Part shown: positions 36,790 through 49,310 of the stretch, piece by piece
Numbering within the stretch: the first letter of the stretch is position 1
How the letters are laid out: each line of letters begins with the position of its first letter
NCBI GenBank assembly: GCA_052327205.1
Contig: CM126205.1
Span: 329,902,001-329,966,000, forward strand
Direction: 5' to 3'
DNA: 64,000 nucleotides
DNA from: Somniosus microcephalus
Taxonomy: Eukaryota
Notes under the pieces: model-generated
What the model was told of the DNA's origin: nothing
Seen by the model: the letters and a program-made list of their open reading frames with translations, nothing else
Databases searched by the model: none
Translations under genes and position numbers: made by a program

Positions 36790-39583
36790 ATGGGTTTATA
36801 ATGCATGTGCATAAATGCACAAAGTGTGGTGAATAAGGTTGGTGAGCTACAAGAACAGTTAGCCGTGTGGCAATATGATGTTGTGGCAATAACGTACACG
36901 TAGCTTAAAATCGGTGAGGACTGGGCACTTAATATTCAAGGGTACAAGGTGTTCAGAACAGATAAGGAAAGAAAAAAGGGAGGTGGGGTGACAGTGCTGA
37001 TTAAGGAAGACATTATAGTGTTGGAAAGGGAGGATGTTCTTGAGGGGACAAGGACAGAATCCATTTGGTTAGAGTTGAGGAACAAAAAGGATATGATCAC
37101 GCTATTGGGGGTATTCTATAGGCCTCCAAATAGTGAGAGGGAGGTAGACCAGCAAATCTGCAGGGAAATCGCAGAGATATGCAAGAGCTATAGAGTGGTG
37201 ATATTGGGGGACTTTAATTACCCAAATATCGATTGGGATAATGCTAGGGTAAAGGAAAAGGAGGAAGAGGAATTTCTGAAATCTGTTCAGGAGAATTTCC
37301 TTGACCAATATATTCTTGGCCCAACTAGGAAGGAGGCATTGCTGGATCTGCTGCTGGGGAATGAGGTGGGCCAGGTCGACCAAGTGTCTGTGGGAGAACA
37401 CTTGGGTACAAGTGATCATCGTATCATAAGATTTAGATTAGCAATGGAGAGGAGCAAGGAACAATCTAGAGTGGAACTTCTAAATTGGAATAGGGCTAAC
37501 TTCAATGGGATGCAAAAGGATCTAGCCAGGGTAAAATGGAACCAAAGACTGATAGGAAAAACTGTAACAGAACAATGGGTGATCTTTAAGGAGGAGATGT
37601 TCCAAGTACAGGCTAGGTACATTCCAACAAGAGGGAAGTGTAAGGCAACCAATGCAAGGGCTCCTTGAATGATGAGCGAGATAGAGAAGATGATGAAACA
37701 AAAAAAGAGGGTGTATAATGCATGTCAGGTGAATTCTTCAAGGGAGATAAAATAAGTTGAGAGGGGAGGTGAAGATGAAAATAGGAGTGGCAAAGAGAGA
37801 GTATGAGAGTAGAATGGCGGTTAGCATAAAAGGGAACCCAAAAATCTTCTACCGGCATGTAAACAGTAAGCGGGTAGTAAGAGGCAGGGTGGGCCTATTA
37901 GAGACAAAGAAGGTGATATATACTTAGAGGTGCAGGGCAAGGCTAGAATACTCAATGAGTACTTTGTATCGGCGTTTACTAAGGAGGTGGATGCTGACAA
38001 AATATCGATAGAAGTGGATCAGTTAGAGGCAATGGAAGGTGTGAAAATTGATAGACAGGATGTACTAGAAAGGCTGGGTATGCTTACAGTGGACAAGTCG
38101 CCTGGTCCAGATGGCTTGCATCCCAGGTTGCTAAGGGATTTGGGGGAGGAGATAGCAGAAGGGCTTGCCATAATTTTCCAATCTTCCCTAGATGCAGGGG
38201 AGGTGCCTGAGGATTGGAAAGTGGTAAACGTGACACTATTGTTCAAGAAGGGGTGTAAGGACAATCCTAGTAACTACAGGCCGGTCAGTTTAACATCTGT
38301 GGTGGGTAAAGTTTTAGAAACAATAATCAAGAAAAATATTAACGGGCATTTGGAGAGGTTTAAGTTAATTAGGAAGAGCCAACATGGGTTTGTAAAAGGA
38401 AGATCGTGTTTGACTAATCTAATTAAATTTTTTGATGAATTAACAGAGAGAATTGATGACGGGAATGCAATGGATGTTGTCTACATGGACTTTCGGAAGG
38501 CGTTTGACAAAGTACCACATAGAAGGCTGGTTAACAAAATTGAGACTCATGGAATAGGTGGGTCAGTGGCAGCTTGGAATAGGAATTGGCTTAAGGACAG
38601 AAAACAGCGAGTTGTGGTAAATGGCTGTTTTTCAGACTGAAGGATGGTAGACAGTGGTGTTCTCCAAGGGTCAGTGCTGAGACCACTGTTTTTTTTGATA
38701 TATATAAATGACCTGGATATTGGAATATAGTTTAGAATTTCTAAATTTGCCGATGACACCAAACTTGGGGGTGTGGCAAACAGTGATGATGATATCAATC
38801 GACTGTAACAGGACATAGAAAGGCTAGCAGAATGGACAGACAAGTGGCAGATGGAATTTAATACAGAGAAGTGTGAGGTGATGCATTTTAGCAGAAGGAA
38901 CAGGGAGAGGCAATATATACTTAATGGCACCGTTTTAAAGAGTGTGCAGGGACAGAGGGACCTGGGAGTTAATGTGTATAGGTCCCTGAAGGTGGCGGGA
39001 CATATTGAGAGAGTGGTTAACAAAGCATATGAGATCTTGGGCTTCATAAATAGAGGTGTTGAGTACAAAAGTAGAGAGGTTATGCTGAACCTTTATAAAC
39101 ACTGGTTAGGCCACAACTGGAGTATTGCGTCCAGTTCTGGTCACCGCACTTTAGGAAGGATGTGAAGGCTCTTGAGAGGGTGCAGAGGAGATTTACCAGA
39201 ATGGTTCCGGGGATGGGGGATCTTAGCTACAAGGACAGGTTGGAGAAGCTGGATTTGTTTTCATTAGAGCAAAGGATTTGGAGGGGTGATTTGATAGAGG
39301 TGTACAAGATTATGACGGGTTTGGATAGGCTAGATGTGGAAAGGCTGTTCGCACTAATTGATGGTACAAGGACTAGGGGCACAGATTTAAAGTTTTGGGC
39401 AAGAGATACAGGGGTGATGAGAGGAAAAGCTTTATTACACAGCGAGTGGTGATGACCTGGAATTCGCTGCCGACGGAAGTGGTGGGAGCGGAGACACACA
39501 ATGTTTTCAAGGGGAGACTGGATAGGCACTTGAGGGAAATAAACTTGCAGGATTACAGGAATAGAGCAGGGGAATGGGACTGA
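36790..39583 (+). pseudogene. CR1 ORF2 (APE endonuclease + reverse transcriptase), with stops and frameshifts
   Basis: ORF pieces 36949-37668, 37930-38640, 38851-39165, 39162-39452 and 39395-39583; FADD motif near 38745. Confidence 0.92.
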
Positions 39584-39932
39584 CTGGATTGCTCTACATG
39601 GACTCGATAGGCTGAATGGCCTCTTGCTGTGCCGTTATGACTCTATGGCCGTGATTTTACTAATGGAGGCGGGAGCGGGAACTGCCGACCACCTGACCTG
39701 CACCAAACCCGCCTCCACTGTCAGGCGGGATAAATTTGCGATTTCTGCCCTAATTGGGCAATTGATTCCCTGCGTCTGCGCTCCCCTGGCTCAATTAGCC
39801 TTTTGGGTCTGAAGCTCGCCTCTGCTGACGTCATTTATCGATCTGCTTTTAAGGGCTCCAAGCAGCATTGGTTCATTTTCTACCTCTGTACTTCCAGAGT
39901 GAATACTTTGATAATTGTTTGATACTCCTGAA

Positions 39933-41523
39933 ATGTCTAGCTCAAGGCCCAAGGCCTCACCTCGCTTTGATGATGACTCCCTCCATGCTCTGGTGGAGGG
40001 AGCCAGAGCTCAAAAAAGGAGGTGCTCTTTCCTTCCTCTGGGAGGACAAACCTCCCCAGCAGACCAAAGCTGTGTGGCTGCAACTGGCACAGGAGGTAAG
40101 CTCCAGATCGTTGTGCAGCAGAACCTGGCTGCAGTTCTGAAAGAGATTCAATGACCTTGTCCGCACAGGAAAAGTGAGTAGACCATCACCTTTACCCTCA
40201 TTCTGCTCCCCATCTCCTCTCAGCATTGTCATCCTACTCCTACACATCCCACTTTACCCTTACATCCCTTGCACCCTTAACCATCCCTCTCTCTCTATGT
40301 ACGCAATCACTTAACTATTCGACTATGTTGCCCTCACACTCCCTATCACTGTGATGCTATGTCAACAACTAACAACACACAGGGAGGGCCCTTGGTATTG
40401 GGATCTCACTCCATCTTTGTCTCCTTCTAAGCATTTATGCTATGGATTCTCTACACTCACTCCATCATTCTCATCCAAACTCTACTTGTATCCCTTATTG
40501 CAGGAAAAAGAGAGCCCAGAATAAGAGGGCAAAGGCGAAGACAGAAGAAGGGCCACCCTCAATAGCCCATCTCACCAGCACTGAGGAGGCGGCCCTAGAG
40601 ATCGTTGGAGCCGAGGAGGGTGTGCAAGTGGGGGACTGACAGTCGGGCACATCAGAGCAAGCAGGTGACAGAGTAGTTTTGCATCTCTCTCATTTACATT
40701 GCCTGAGTGACTGATATGGCTTCTGATGCTCATACAGATTGACTTATGATCATCTGCACAAGTCCATTTGCATGCTACGTTAATATCACATGTCTAACTC
40801 ATGACATTACTCCCCCCACAGGACCATCGACAGCCCGCCACCCCACTGTCCAGGAGGAAGAGCCTGAGCCTGAAGACTCCTCCGAGGAACCTGCAACCTC
40901 TGAGGGCCTTTGTGGAGGCAGTGGCGCATGAACACACCACCACGGAAAGGATGGCAACCTCCATGGAAAGGCTGGCTATGGCCATGGAGGAAATAAATCG
41001 CCAGAATCAGGAAAACATGGTGACTGTTCAGAATAGTCTGACGTCTTTGGAGGAGCGATGGGCAGCTATTGAGCAGAGAAACCAGAGTGTCATTGAAGTA
41101 CTTTTGGATAGGACTGCCAGTGCAGATACAGGTCCTCATGGCCCCCCTAATGTGCAGCAAGGTGCTGTCAAGCCACTTGCTAGCACTGAAGTGGGGCTGA
41201 CCCATGAGAGGGATGTTGGTGGCAGGCAACAAGAAAGTGGGGGCTCCTCTCCAAGCACTCACACGCCCATGCCACTGAGTAGCTCTCGGTCAGAGTCCCA
41301 CCAGAGTCCTCACCCAACTGAGATGGGCGTCTCAGTCCCTACACAGACGCAGGAGAAGCAGACTGTTGACGAGCCCTCACAGGCTCGCAAACCCAGAGGA
41401 CGCCTGCCAAAGGTATCGAAGCAGGAGCAGCATGAAAGTGCGCAAGGTGCCTCCACATCTGCTGAAGCCACAGGGGAAGCATCACGTAGGAGCACGTGTA
41501 AGAGTAAGATAAAGCGCAAGTAG
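39933..41523 (+). pseudogene. Harbinger Myb/SANT-like DNA-binding protein, 3 exons (39933-40173, 40504-40664, 40822-41523)
   Basis: MSSSRPKASPRFDDDSLHALVE...W..LAQEVSS....RTW.Q..KRFNDL; canonical GT/AG junctions; frameshifts and stops present. Confidence 0.8.
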
Positions 41524-41798
41524 TCACAAGGGTAGTCACTTGGGTGTTCTGTTCTGTTTTCTTTTGTTTTCTTTAATATTTGACATTGTCATCCTTTTGT
41601 GAATGGGTTAAACAGAAGTGATGTCAAACAGTTGAAGTTCTGGCCTATGTGATCTCGGAAATGGAAGTTCCACATTGAGGGCTCAGGGCGACTTGCATTT
41701 ATAATGATGGTGGTCAGACTGATAGAAACCCACGGGTTCTTGTACATTGTGTATGGTGTGTTAAGAAGATACCAGCCACATTTATTTGATTCGTCTGC

Positions 41799-43014
41799 TT
41801 AAGTGAATCTGGCAAAGATTAGTGCATCCCTTGCATCATGGACAGCAATGTGCTTGCGTGCTGCTGGAACTGGCGCATCAGCCTCTGCAAGATTTTCCTC
41901 CTCCTCCTCCTCCTCCACCTCATCTGTGGAGGCTATGCGCTGAGCCACTTGTTCCTCGGGCAGCTGCAAGCCACGATGCTGTGCGATGTTGTGAAGTGCA
42001 CAGCAGATCACGACGATTCTGAAGACCCTGGCTGCTGAATACTGTAGGGCTCCACCTGATCTATCAAGGCATCTGAATCGCATCTTCAGCAAGCCGATGG
42101 TTGGCTTGATAATGGATCTATTGGAAATGTGGCTAGCATTGCAGCATTCCTCAGCTTCGTTTGATGGCCTCCTCAATGGCGTCATCAGCCACGTCTTCAG
42201 GGGATAGCCCTTGTCTCCAAGTAACCACCTGGAAAGTTGGTTTGGCGGATTGAAGAGCGGAGGCACACTAGACTGCTGCAGGATGAATAAGTCATGACAA
42301 CTGCCAGGGTACTTCACGCAAGCATGCAAAATGTCCTTCCTGTGGTTACACACCAGCTGCACATTGAGAGAGTGGAAGCCCTTGCGGTTGACAAAAACAG
42401 CTGGGTTGTGATGGGGTGCCCTAAGGGCCACATGTGTGCAGTCTACGACGCCCTGCACCCTTGGCAAGCCTGCCATATTTGCAAAGCCAAACGCACGCGC
42501 GGTGACACTTGCTTGATCCCTCGAGAAGTGGATGTAATTGTGCTCCTTTGCAAAGAGGGCATCGGTAACCTGCGTGATGCAAGTGTGTGCAGCCAACTGG
42601 GAGATGCTGCTGATGATCCCTGGAAGGAAACTGAAGCAAAAAAATTGAGTGTGGTGGTGATTTTGACAGCCACTGGTAAGGGGTTTCCACCCGTTCCTCT
42701 GGGCTCCAGGTGTTGGTGCAGCATTGCGCAGATGTCACCCACTACCTCTCGCGAATGTCTCAGCCTCCTTTGGCACTGCAGCTCAGTCATGTTGAGGAAG
42801 GTCATCCTCGGCCTGTATACCCTGTGTTGGGGGTATCTCCTGCGGCGCGTGCATCCCTGCGCTGACACCTTCTGCCCTGTGCACCATCAGCTGGCTGAGC
42901 AGGAGGTTGGCGCTCCTGTTGTTGCTGCTGCTGTTGTGCCTGGTTCTGCTGCTGCCGCGGCTGCTCGTCCTCTGAATCTGAAGACCAGGATGAAAGGAAA
43001 TAAATGATGCCCAT
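41799..43014 (-). pseudogene. HARBI1-like DDE transposase
   Basis: [30 protein letters not shown]; the catalytic Glu position reads K (IIKPTIG); frameshifts in the 5' part. Confidence 0.9.
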
Positions 43015-43552
43015 GCTGCTGGTAGATATCTCAGTTGAAGAAGCGCTCAGTCAATGTGGGGAGAGTATTTTCCCAGGAGGTGAGAGTGGAGATGGATCTC
43101 AGCTTCACCACTTCCTAGATCAGTAGACCGGCAAAAGGTTTTCCAAGGCCTGAAAAAACAAAGTTCTGCCACCTGCAACTGAGCCTTGTTGAGAGCTCCG
43201 TTTTTATGCTGGAGCTGCAGCTGTCAAAAAGGCCGCCGCTTGTGAACCTGACACAATCAGCTGGCGTGGTTTCGGAACGATGTGGAACATCCTGAAAATG
43301 TGGTAAAATTTAAAAGGGCAGGCAAAATAGGATTACAGAGGCAGTTACCAACCAGTTAACTGCCTTAAGGGCCTATCCCGCTGCATGGTGACGGGACCGA
43401 ACGGGAGTCTGCAAGCCCGCCTTTGGCAAAGTTGCACAGATGCGGGTTGACGGCAGGATCGGAACCCGTCGGCATTTACAGCCATTTTACCACCTGACCC
43501 GCCTCCAAACCCACCTCCTCAGGGCTGGTAAAATCGAGCCCTATGTCTCTAC

Positions 43553-44396
43553 GGGCTGGATTTTGTGAATGGAGACGTGCTGGAGGCGGGACTGCTGCTA
43601 GTCGGGTCTAAGTCCCGCCTCCATCATGTTCTGACCAACCAGAGTGATTTTCCCCTGATTGACCTTGTTAAGCCCGCCCTGCGGGCTCAGCAGGCCAATT
43701 AGGGAGGAAGTCACTGACAGAGCATGTCAACATCTGACGTGCCATCTGTGAAGACTTCTTGAAAGAAGAAATGTTAGCCTTTGACAGCTCTGTGAAGCTG
43801 TCAAACACTGACATTCTGTGTATTTTGATGAGTCCTTGTGTTCAGGACTCATCAAACCTTTCAACTTTGTAGAAAGCAGATGACTGTTGGTCGGAGGGTG
43901 GAACAGCCAGTCTGTGAAATCTACAATGATTATGTCGGGACCCTGGAACCACCGCGGCGGAAGGCTGTAGGCAGAAACAAAGGTAAGTGAACATTTTATA
44001 ACACTTAACACTCACCTCACATAATTACCACTCCACACTTGCACCCATCACTCACCTCTACATCTCACTTTCAGGCCCCTCCCAACCCGCAGACCTCCTA
44101 CTCGACTCCTCCAACCCGGCGTGGTTCTCTGAGGTCGGGAAGCCTTCACCTGAAAAGGTAAAATGGCACTAATCCTTTTTTCTGCCTGTTAACTACCTGC
44201 TAACAGGCAGTTAAAAGGATTTCATCCCTTTCCCACCTCGAGGAGACGGGACCCAAAGCAGGAGATCTTCCTGCCTCCTGGAAAAAGGGCACAGAGGCGG
44301 GATGGGGGCAGCTTTGCAATCCGCCCCCACTTTCTGCAACTTTACCGGCTGTCCCGTCTCCATACTCGCCTCCTCGGGGCTGACAAAATCCGGCCC
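43553..44396. mobile_element. Non-autonomous PIF/Harbinger element
   Basis: TIRs GGGCTGGATTTTGT / ACAAAATCCGGCCC; internal sequence is the reverse complement of parts of 15281-16083; no clean TSD. Confidence 0.75.
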
Positions 44397-44399
44397 ACT

Positions 44400-44645
44400 G
44401 ACTTATGAGCAAAAGCAAGGAAGCTATGCTGATCCTGAATAAATCATTAGTTAGGCCTCAGCGAGAGTATAGCGTCCAATTCTGGGCACTACACGCTAGG
44501 ACGTCAAGGCCTTGGGGAGGATGCATGGGAGATTTACCAGAACGATATCAGGGATGAGGGACTTCAGTTATGTTGAGAGACTAGAGAAGCTGGGATTGAT
44601 CTCCTTAGAGCAGAGAAGGTTAAGGGGAGATTTATTGGAGGCTTC
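44400..44645 (+). mobile_element. CR1 ORF2 fragment
   Basis: RFTRTISGMRDFSYVERLEKLGLISLEQRRLRGDL. Confidence 0.8.
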
Positions 44646-45431
44646 TGATTTCTGGCACTGCACCCATGTCCTGGAGATGATGCTTTTGGCATTCACCTAT
44701 TCATATTTTTTTTTTTCCTGGCCTTCTGCAGCATCTGTCTGGGAACCCGTCTGCCATCTGAGGGGTACAGCCTCTCACCTGCTTAACCAGGACCTCCACC
44801 GTAGTGTCAGTTAATCGCAGTGCCCTGGCAGGAAACATCTAACCCAAAGTTTTGAACTTTGCGGGAGAAATAAGTGACGAGTTAGAAGACATCCCTCTTT
44901 TTAAGAGGTTTAAGTTCGCTTTAAATAGGCATCAGATCTGCAAGAGACCCGCCCTCCAAATCGTCGTGCTGCCAATCAGCGCTGTAAATGCACGGACAGC
45001 CTTGCCTATGAGATTTAAATGAGGCCTGGCCATTTGGCTCCTGCCTCTCACTGGTACCATCGAGCAGGCATTTCGATCGTTGCACACATCCCCCATCCGA
45101 TGTGCACCACACGTCAAAAGTGTCCACAATATTATGTCAAAATATCATGCGGATGTAAGTAGAAAGAACAAATGATCAATCTAGACTGTAGAGATCTGAT
45201 CACCCGAGCCTAGTGAATAACGGATATTGAGCGTGCCAGGTCCACACCTGTAAAGGAGCCAACCCCAACTTCCTCTATTAGCCACAAATGCAATAAATAA
45301 CCCCGCTCCCCCTTAATTATTATCCAGTGGCCATTATTGGAAAGTATGCAAGTATGGATGTCAACTGAGGCTGGGATTAATTATGATTCCCATCAGAGTG
45401 CAACAGCCTGGCACCTCCCACCCTTTTCGTC

Positions 45432-45733
45432 GTTTAGAATAAGGGGCTGCGCTTTCAAAACTGAGATGAGGAGAAACTTCTTCACTCAGAGGGTGGTAAA
45501 TCTATGGAATTTGCTACCTCAGAGAGCTGTGGAAGCTGCGACATTAAATAAATTTAAAATGGAGATAGACAGTTTCCTAGCTGATAAGGGAATTAGGGGT
45601 TACGGGGAGTGGGCAGGGATGTGGACGTGAGTCTAGGTTCGGATCAGCCATGATCCTATTGAATGGCGGAGCAGGCCCGAGGGGCCGTATGGCCTACTCC
45701 TGCTCCTACTTCTTATGTTCTTATGTTATGTTC
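45432..45733 (+). mobile_element. CR1 3' end with tail
   Basis: FKTEMRRNFFTQRVVNLWN; tail TTCTTATG repeats. Confidence 0.85.
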
Positions 45734-45884
45734 TGGGGTTTCTGTTGATCTTCCACAAAGTTATAGTGGGAAATCAGTGGAACATCCATGGCTATTGCTG
45801 GTGAATATCTCCTTTTGTAAATACAGCACTCATGTAACCTCAATTCAGTCTTATCCTTAACAAAGACTTTGAAATAGGAAAAGA

Positions 45885-46206
45885 AACAAACAAAAGACTT
45901 GCATTTCCATAGTGCTTTTCACGACCACTGAACGACTCAAAGCGCTTTACTGCCAATGAAGTACTTTTTTTAAGTGTAGTCACTGTTGTAATATAGGAAA
46001 TGCAGCAGCTAATTTGCACACAGCAAGGTCCCGCAGGCAACAATTTGATAATAATCAGATAATCTATTTTTTAATTTTGATTGAGGGATAAATATTGGCC
46101 AGGACACCGGGGATAACTCCCCTGCTCTTCTTCGAAATAGTGCCATGAGATCTTTTACATCTACTTGAGTAGACGGGGCCTCGGTTAAATGTCTCATCCG
46201 AAAGAA
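45885..46206 (-). mobile_element. Deu-domain SINE
   Basis: Reverse complement of 26930-27255. Confidence 0.8.
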
Positions 46207-46214
46207 GAGAGATG

Positions 46215-46950
46215 GGGGGAAAAATTTGGTTGCTTTGTGCCTCCCTAAGAAGGCGCTAACGGGGCGCAAAGCAACTAGCGCCTGGGCCCGTCACCGCCAA
46301 CGCCTCCTGCGAAATTCAGCGGGAGGTTAGCGGCGGCGGTAACCGTTAGTGTCCCGTGGTGCTGAGCCGCCGGTGATGACGTCATCGCCGTGCGCAGCGC
46401 CCTGCTCACGCCTGAGCCGCGATCATCAGTAGCACCCCCTGACTTACCGCCGGACGCTATGTCTGATGGGGTCAGGGGGGCCTACCTGCGGCCGGGGTGG
46501 CGCTATTTAAAGGCGAGGTGCCGGGCAGCCATTTTTGTTTCTGGCCACCTGCCAGCACATACCTCCGCTGCTGTCCCCGGCCTCCTGACCCGTTCCCCCC
46601 CCGCCCGCCCCCGCGGAGCGCCGGGCTCTTTTGCCGGCACTCCGATCCCCGGTGGCCCAGCTGGGCCCCGAGACGCGCTGTGCAAGGCCCGTCCCCTTTA
46701 AGAAGGGGAGGAAAGCCTGCAATACCGCAGCATGATGTGCCACAGTGCATGGCGCTACGGCACATAGTGCTGCGATATTCCCTCGCAGCGCCCCAAGAGG
46801 GAGGCGGGGCGCTTCCAGTAGCGCCCCGCTTCTCTCTTGGGGCACTACCACTCAATTTCGGCCGCAGGGGCGCTAATTTTTCTGGGGTGCTAAAAGTAGT
46901 GCCCCGGTGAAGTTAGCGCCCCAAAGGGGGCGCGACTCAATTTTTCCCCC
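46215..46950. mobile_element. GC-rich Harbinger MITE
   Basis: Perfect 12-bp TIR GGGGGAAAAATT / AATTTTTCCCCC with 3-bp TSD ATG; many subterminal GCGCC/GGCGC motifs. Confidence 0.85.
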
Positions 46951-47457
46951 ATGGTGCTGTACCTCAACAGCAATATGAGGCATTCATAACAACCCCAGCT
47001 TCTCTCGTCTCTCCACACAACTGAAGTCGCTCATCCCTGGTATTATTCCTTGCATTTGTAATACTTAAAACGGTCACTAAAGGCTTGAGACAATTAGGGG
47101 GAGAAATTAAGTATCGCCCCATTTGGGGCGCCATTATTGGCCGGGCGCAAAGTTTAGCGCCTGGCGCTGATTATCGCCTCCGACTGCAAACTTGGCTTTT
47201 ATCGCCCCTGGAGGTGATTGGAGCGTTAAATCAGGCGATGCACACCTGTCTTAAGGCGCAAAGGCCGAGGAGCGAGGCGCTAACTCAGAGCGCGGGCGCA
47301 GCGCAGGTGATGTCAGTTAGCGATGGAACACAGACACACTGGCGCCGGACAGTTCTTAAAGGGGAGGGTCGATCTTGCTCTCCAGCCACACCCTGCTCAT
47401 TGGAGCCTTGAATCTCGGCCTGGAGAGACCTGTGACTACATTTTCCAGCCAAGGACT

Positions 47458-48768
47458 ATGGAGAGGGTGAGAGAATGAGCTCAGCGCTTCAGCGAGTGGG
47501 CCTTGGAGGCTCTGGTTGGCACGGTGGAGCGCAGAAGATATATACTTTACCTTGAGAGTGGCAGGAGGCCTTTGCTGCGCGAGTACAGAAGAGTGTGGAG
47601 GGAGGTGGCTCAGCACATCTCCTCCAGGAGCATGGTGACCAGGACCCATACTCAATGTAGCAAAAAGTTCAACGACCTCACTCGGGTCGTCAGGGTGAGT
47701 GGCTTTTTTTCAATACCTCTCCATCCCTCCATCTCAACCTCACTCTATGGGCCGAGGGTCTTAAAACCCCAATGCCCAACACTCATCCAACACCTATGGC
47801 CCTCTCATGAAACACACACGTACATTCCACACCTTGCATACAGTAAGGGCTATTCAACTATGGGAGGCACATCAGGCAAGACCATGGCTGTATATTTACT
47901 CAAGATGCCATCCTTTTTCTTGCAGGCCAAGCTATCTCATAATAGGAGACAGCAACAACGGATGGGTGGAGGGCGGCCTCAGCTGCAACCCCTCAGCGAT
48001 CTTGAGGCATGCGTCCACAGCCCCTGGAGAGATCGACCCCATTCGGGACCGCAATGGTAAGGTCATCAGCTTTCTCTCCACTCTCATTCCACTTGTCCCT
48101 CACAACACCAGCCTTTGACACTTTCAATCCAACTTACTAAATCGATGCACTCCTTCCTCCCTTACTGTCCCCTGTCCGCACGCTAAAGCCACTCTTGTAC
48201 CTCCCTGCTTTCAGATGGTGATTCACCAGCTGAGGAGACGGGCCCTGAAGCTGCCAGTGGGAGTGAAGCTGCAGGCGAGGAGGAAGAGGAAGCCAGAGCA
48301 GCAGCACCACCCTCTCCCGAGGAAGCCCATGCCCACACTGGGAACACGCCTTCCCTGGAGGGGAGCAGGGGGGAAGGGTCTGATGAAGGTGATGCTCCGG
48401 GACCCAGTGGGCTGCAGCAACGCGATGTGGCTAGGGAAGTTTGGAGGCCTTCTCCCCGGAGGGAGAGCAGGCCAGCGAGTCCTGCTGCACTGGACGTAGA
48501 GGAGGAGCGGCTCATCGCTGAAATGAACACCCAGGTGGTGGACATGCACACTCAGCTCATGGGTGCAGTGGGAAGGGTGCCCGAATGCATTGAAGCACTG
48601 GCAAGGAGCGTGGAGCACTTTGCTGCAGCACAGGTGGATGCCACGCTAAATCTTAGTGCTGCAATTCAGTCACTGGCTGCCGTGATCCCATCTCAGACTG
48701 CTCTCATGCAGGCTCAGATTGAGGCCACACAAGCACTGACTGCTGCCATTGTTGCTGGTTCGGACACA
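47458..48768 (+). pseudogene. Harbinger Myb/SANT-like gene, 3 exons (47458-47694, 47926-48056, 48215-~48768), 3'-truncated
   Basis: FSEWALEALV...VWREVAQHISS..RTHTQCSKKFNDL; GTGAGT/CAG junctions at the same positions as in the 39933 copy. Confidence 0.8.
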
Positions 48769-48769
48769 T

Positions 48770-49310
48770 TTCCCCGGGACAATGCCGCATGTGTGCAGTC
48801 AATGGTGCCCTGCACCATGGGGAAGCCCGCTATCCTCGCAAAGCCCAATGCGCATTCATGCTGTTTGGCCCGGGTCATCGGGAAAGAGATGTACTGGCGT
48901 CTCCTTTTATAGAGGGCATTTGTGACCTGACGGATACAGCAATGGACTGCGAACTGGGAGATATTGGCAATGTCCCCAGTAGCTGCTTGAAAGGAGCCGG
49001 TGGCATAAAAGTTCAGAGCCACTGTGACCTTCACTGCCACCGACAGAGACGTCCTGGTCCTCAGTAGAGGCTGCAGATCTGGCTGCAGCAGGTGGCAAAC
49101 CTCAGTGACCACCTCATTGCTGAAGCGCAGCCTGCGCAAACACTGCTCCTCAGACAAATTAATGTAGGAGAATTGTTGCCGAATTACCCTGGGAGGGTAA
49201 GGCCTCCTGTACAGAGGCCTGTTGGCCCTCCTCTGTCTGGCCATGATTGCCACTCTCTCTCTACGTCTCTATGGCCTCCGATTCTGCAGGCGCAGGACGA
49301 CGCCCCGAAT
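48770..49310 (-). pseudogene. HARBI1-like transposase N-terminal half
   Basis: CLRRLRF, VAVKVTVALNFYATGSFQ, AGFPMVQGTIDCTH, then truncated. Confidence 0.88.

Larger units (their letters stand above)
30200..39646 (+). mobile_element. Full-length CR1 LINE (5' UTR, ORF1, ORF2, tail), degenerate, ORF1 split by Gypsy
   Basis: ORF1 CxxC..CxxC plus leucine zipper (30542-30722), SGNH esterase IVIGDSIVRG (to 36628), APE endonuclease (GGGV, YRPP, GDFN, SDH), RT motifs, CR1 C-terminus and tail. Confidence 0.93.
39647..43541. mobile_element. Autonomous-type PIF/Harbinger DNA transposon (degenerate)
   Basis: TIRs GGCCGTGATTTTAC / GTAAAATCGAGCCC, 3-bp TSD TAT inside the CR1 tail; convergent Myb/SANT and transposase genes. 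Confidence 0.9.

Noticed and set aside
41799-42596. Possible host HARBI1 gene
   Set aside because: Lies between TIRs with a TSD next to a Myb partner gene, is frameshifted and lacks the catalytic Glu, so it is a transposon copy.
46390-46910. Cluster of overlapping 100-137 aa ORFs / apparent CpG-island promoter
   Set aside because: Entirely inside a GC-rich MITE with perfect TIRs and TSD; the ORFs are compositional artefacts.
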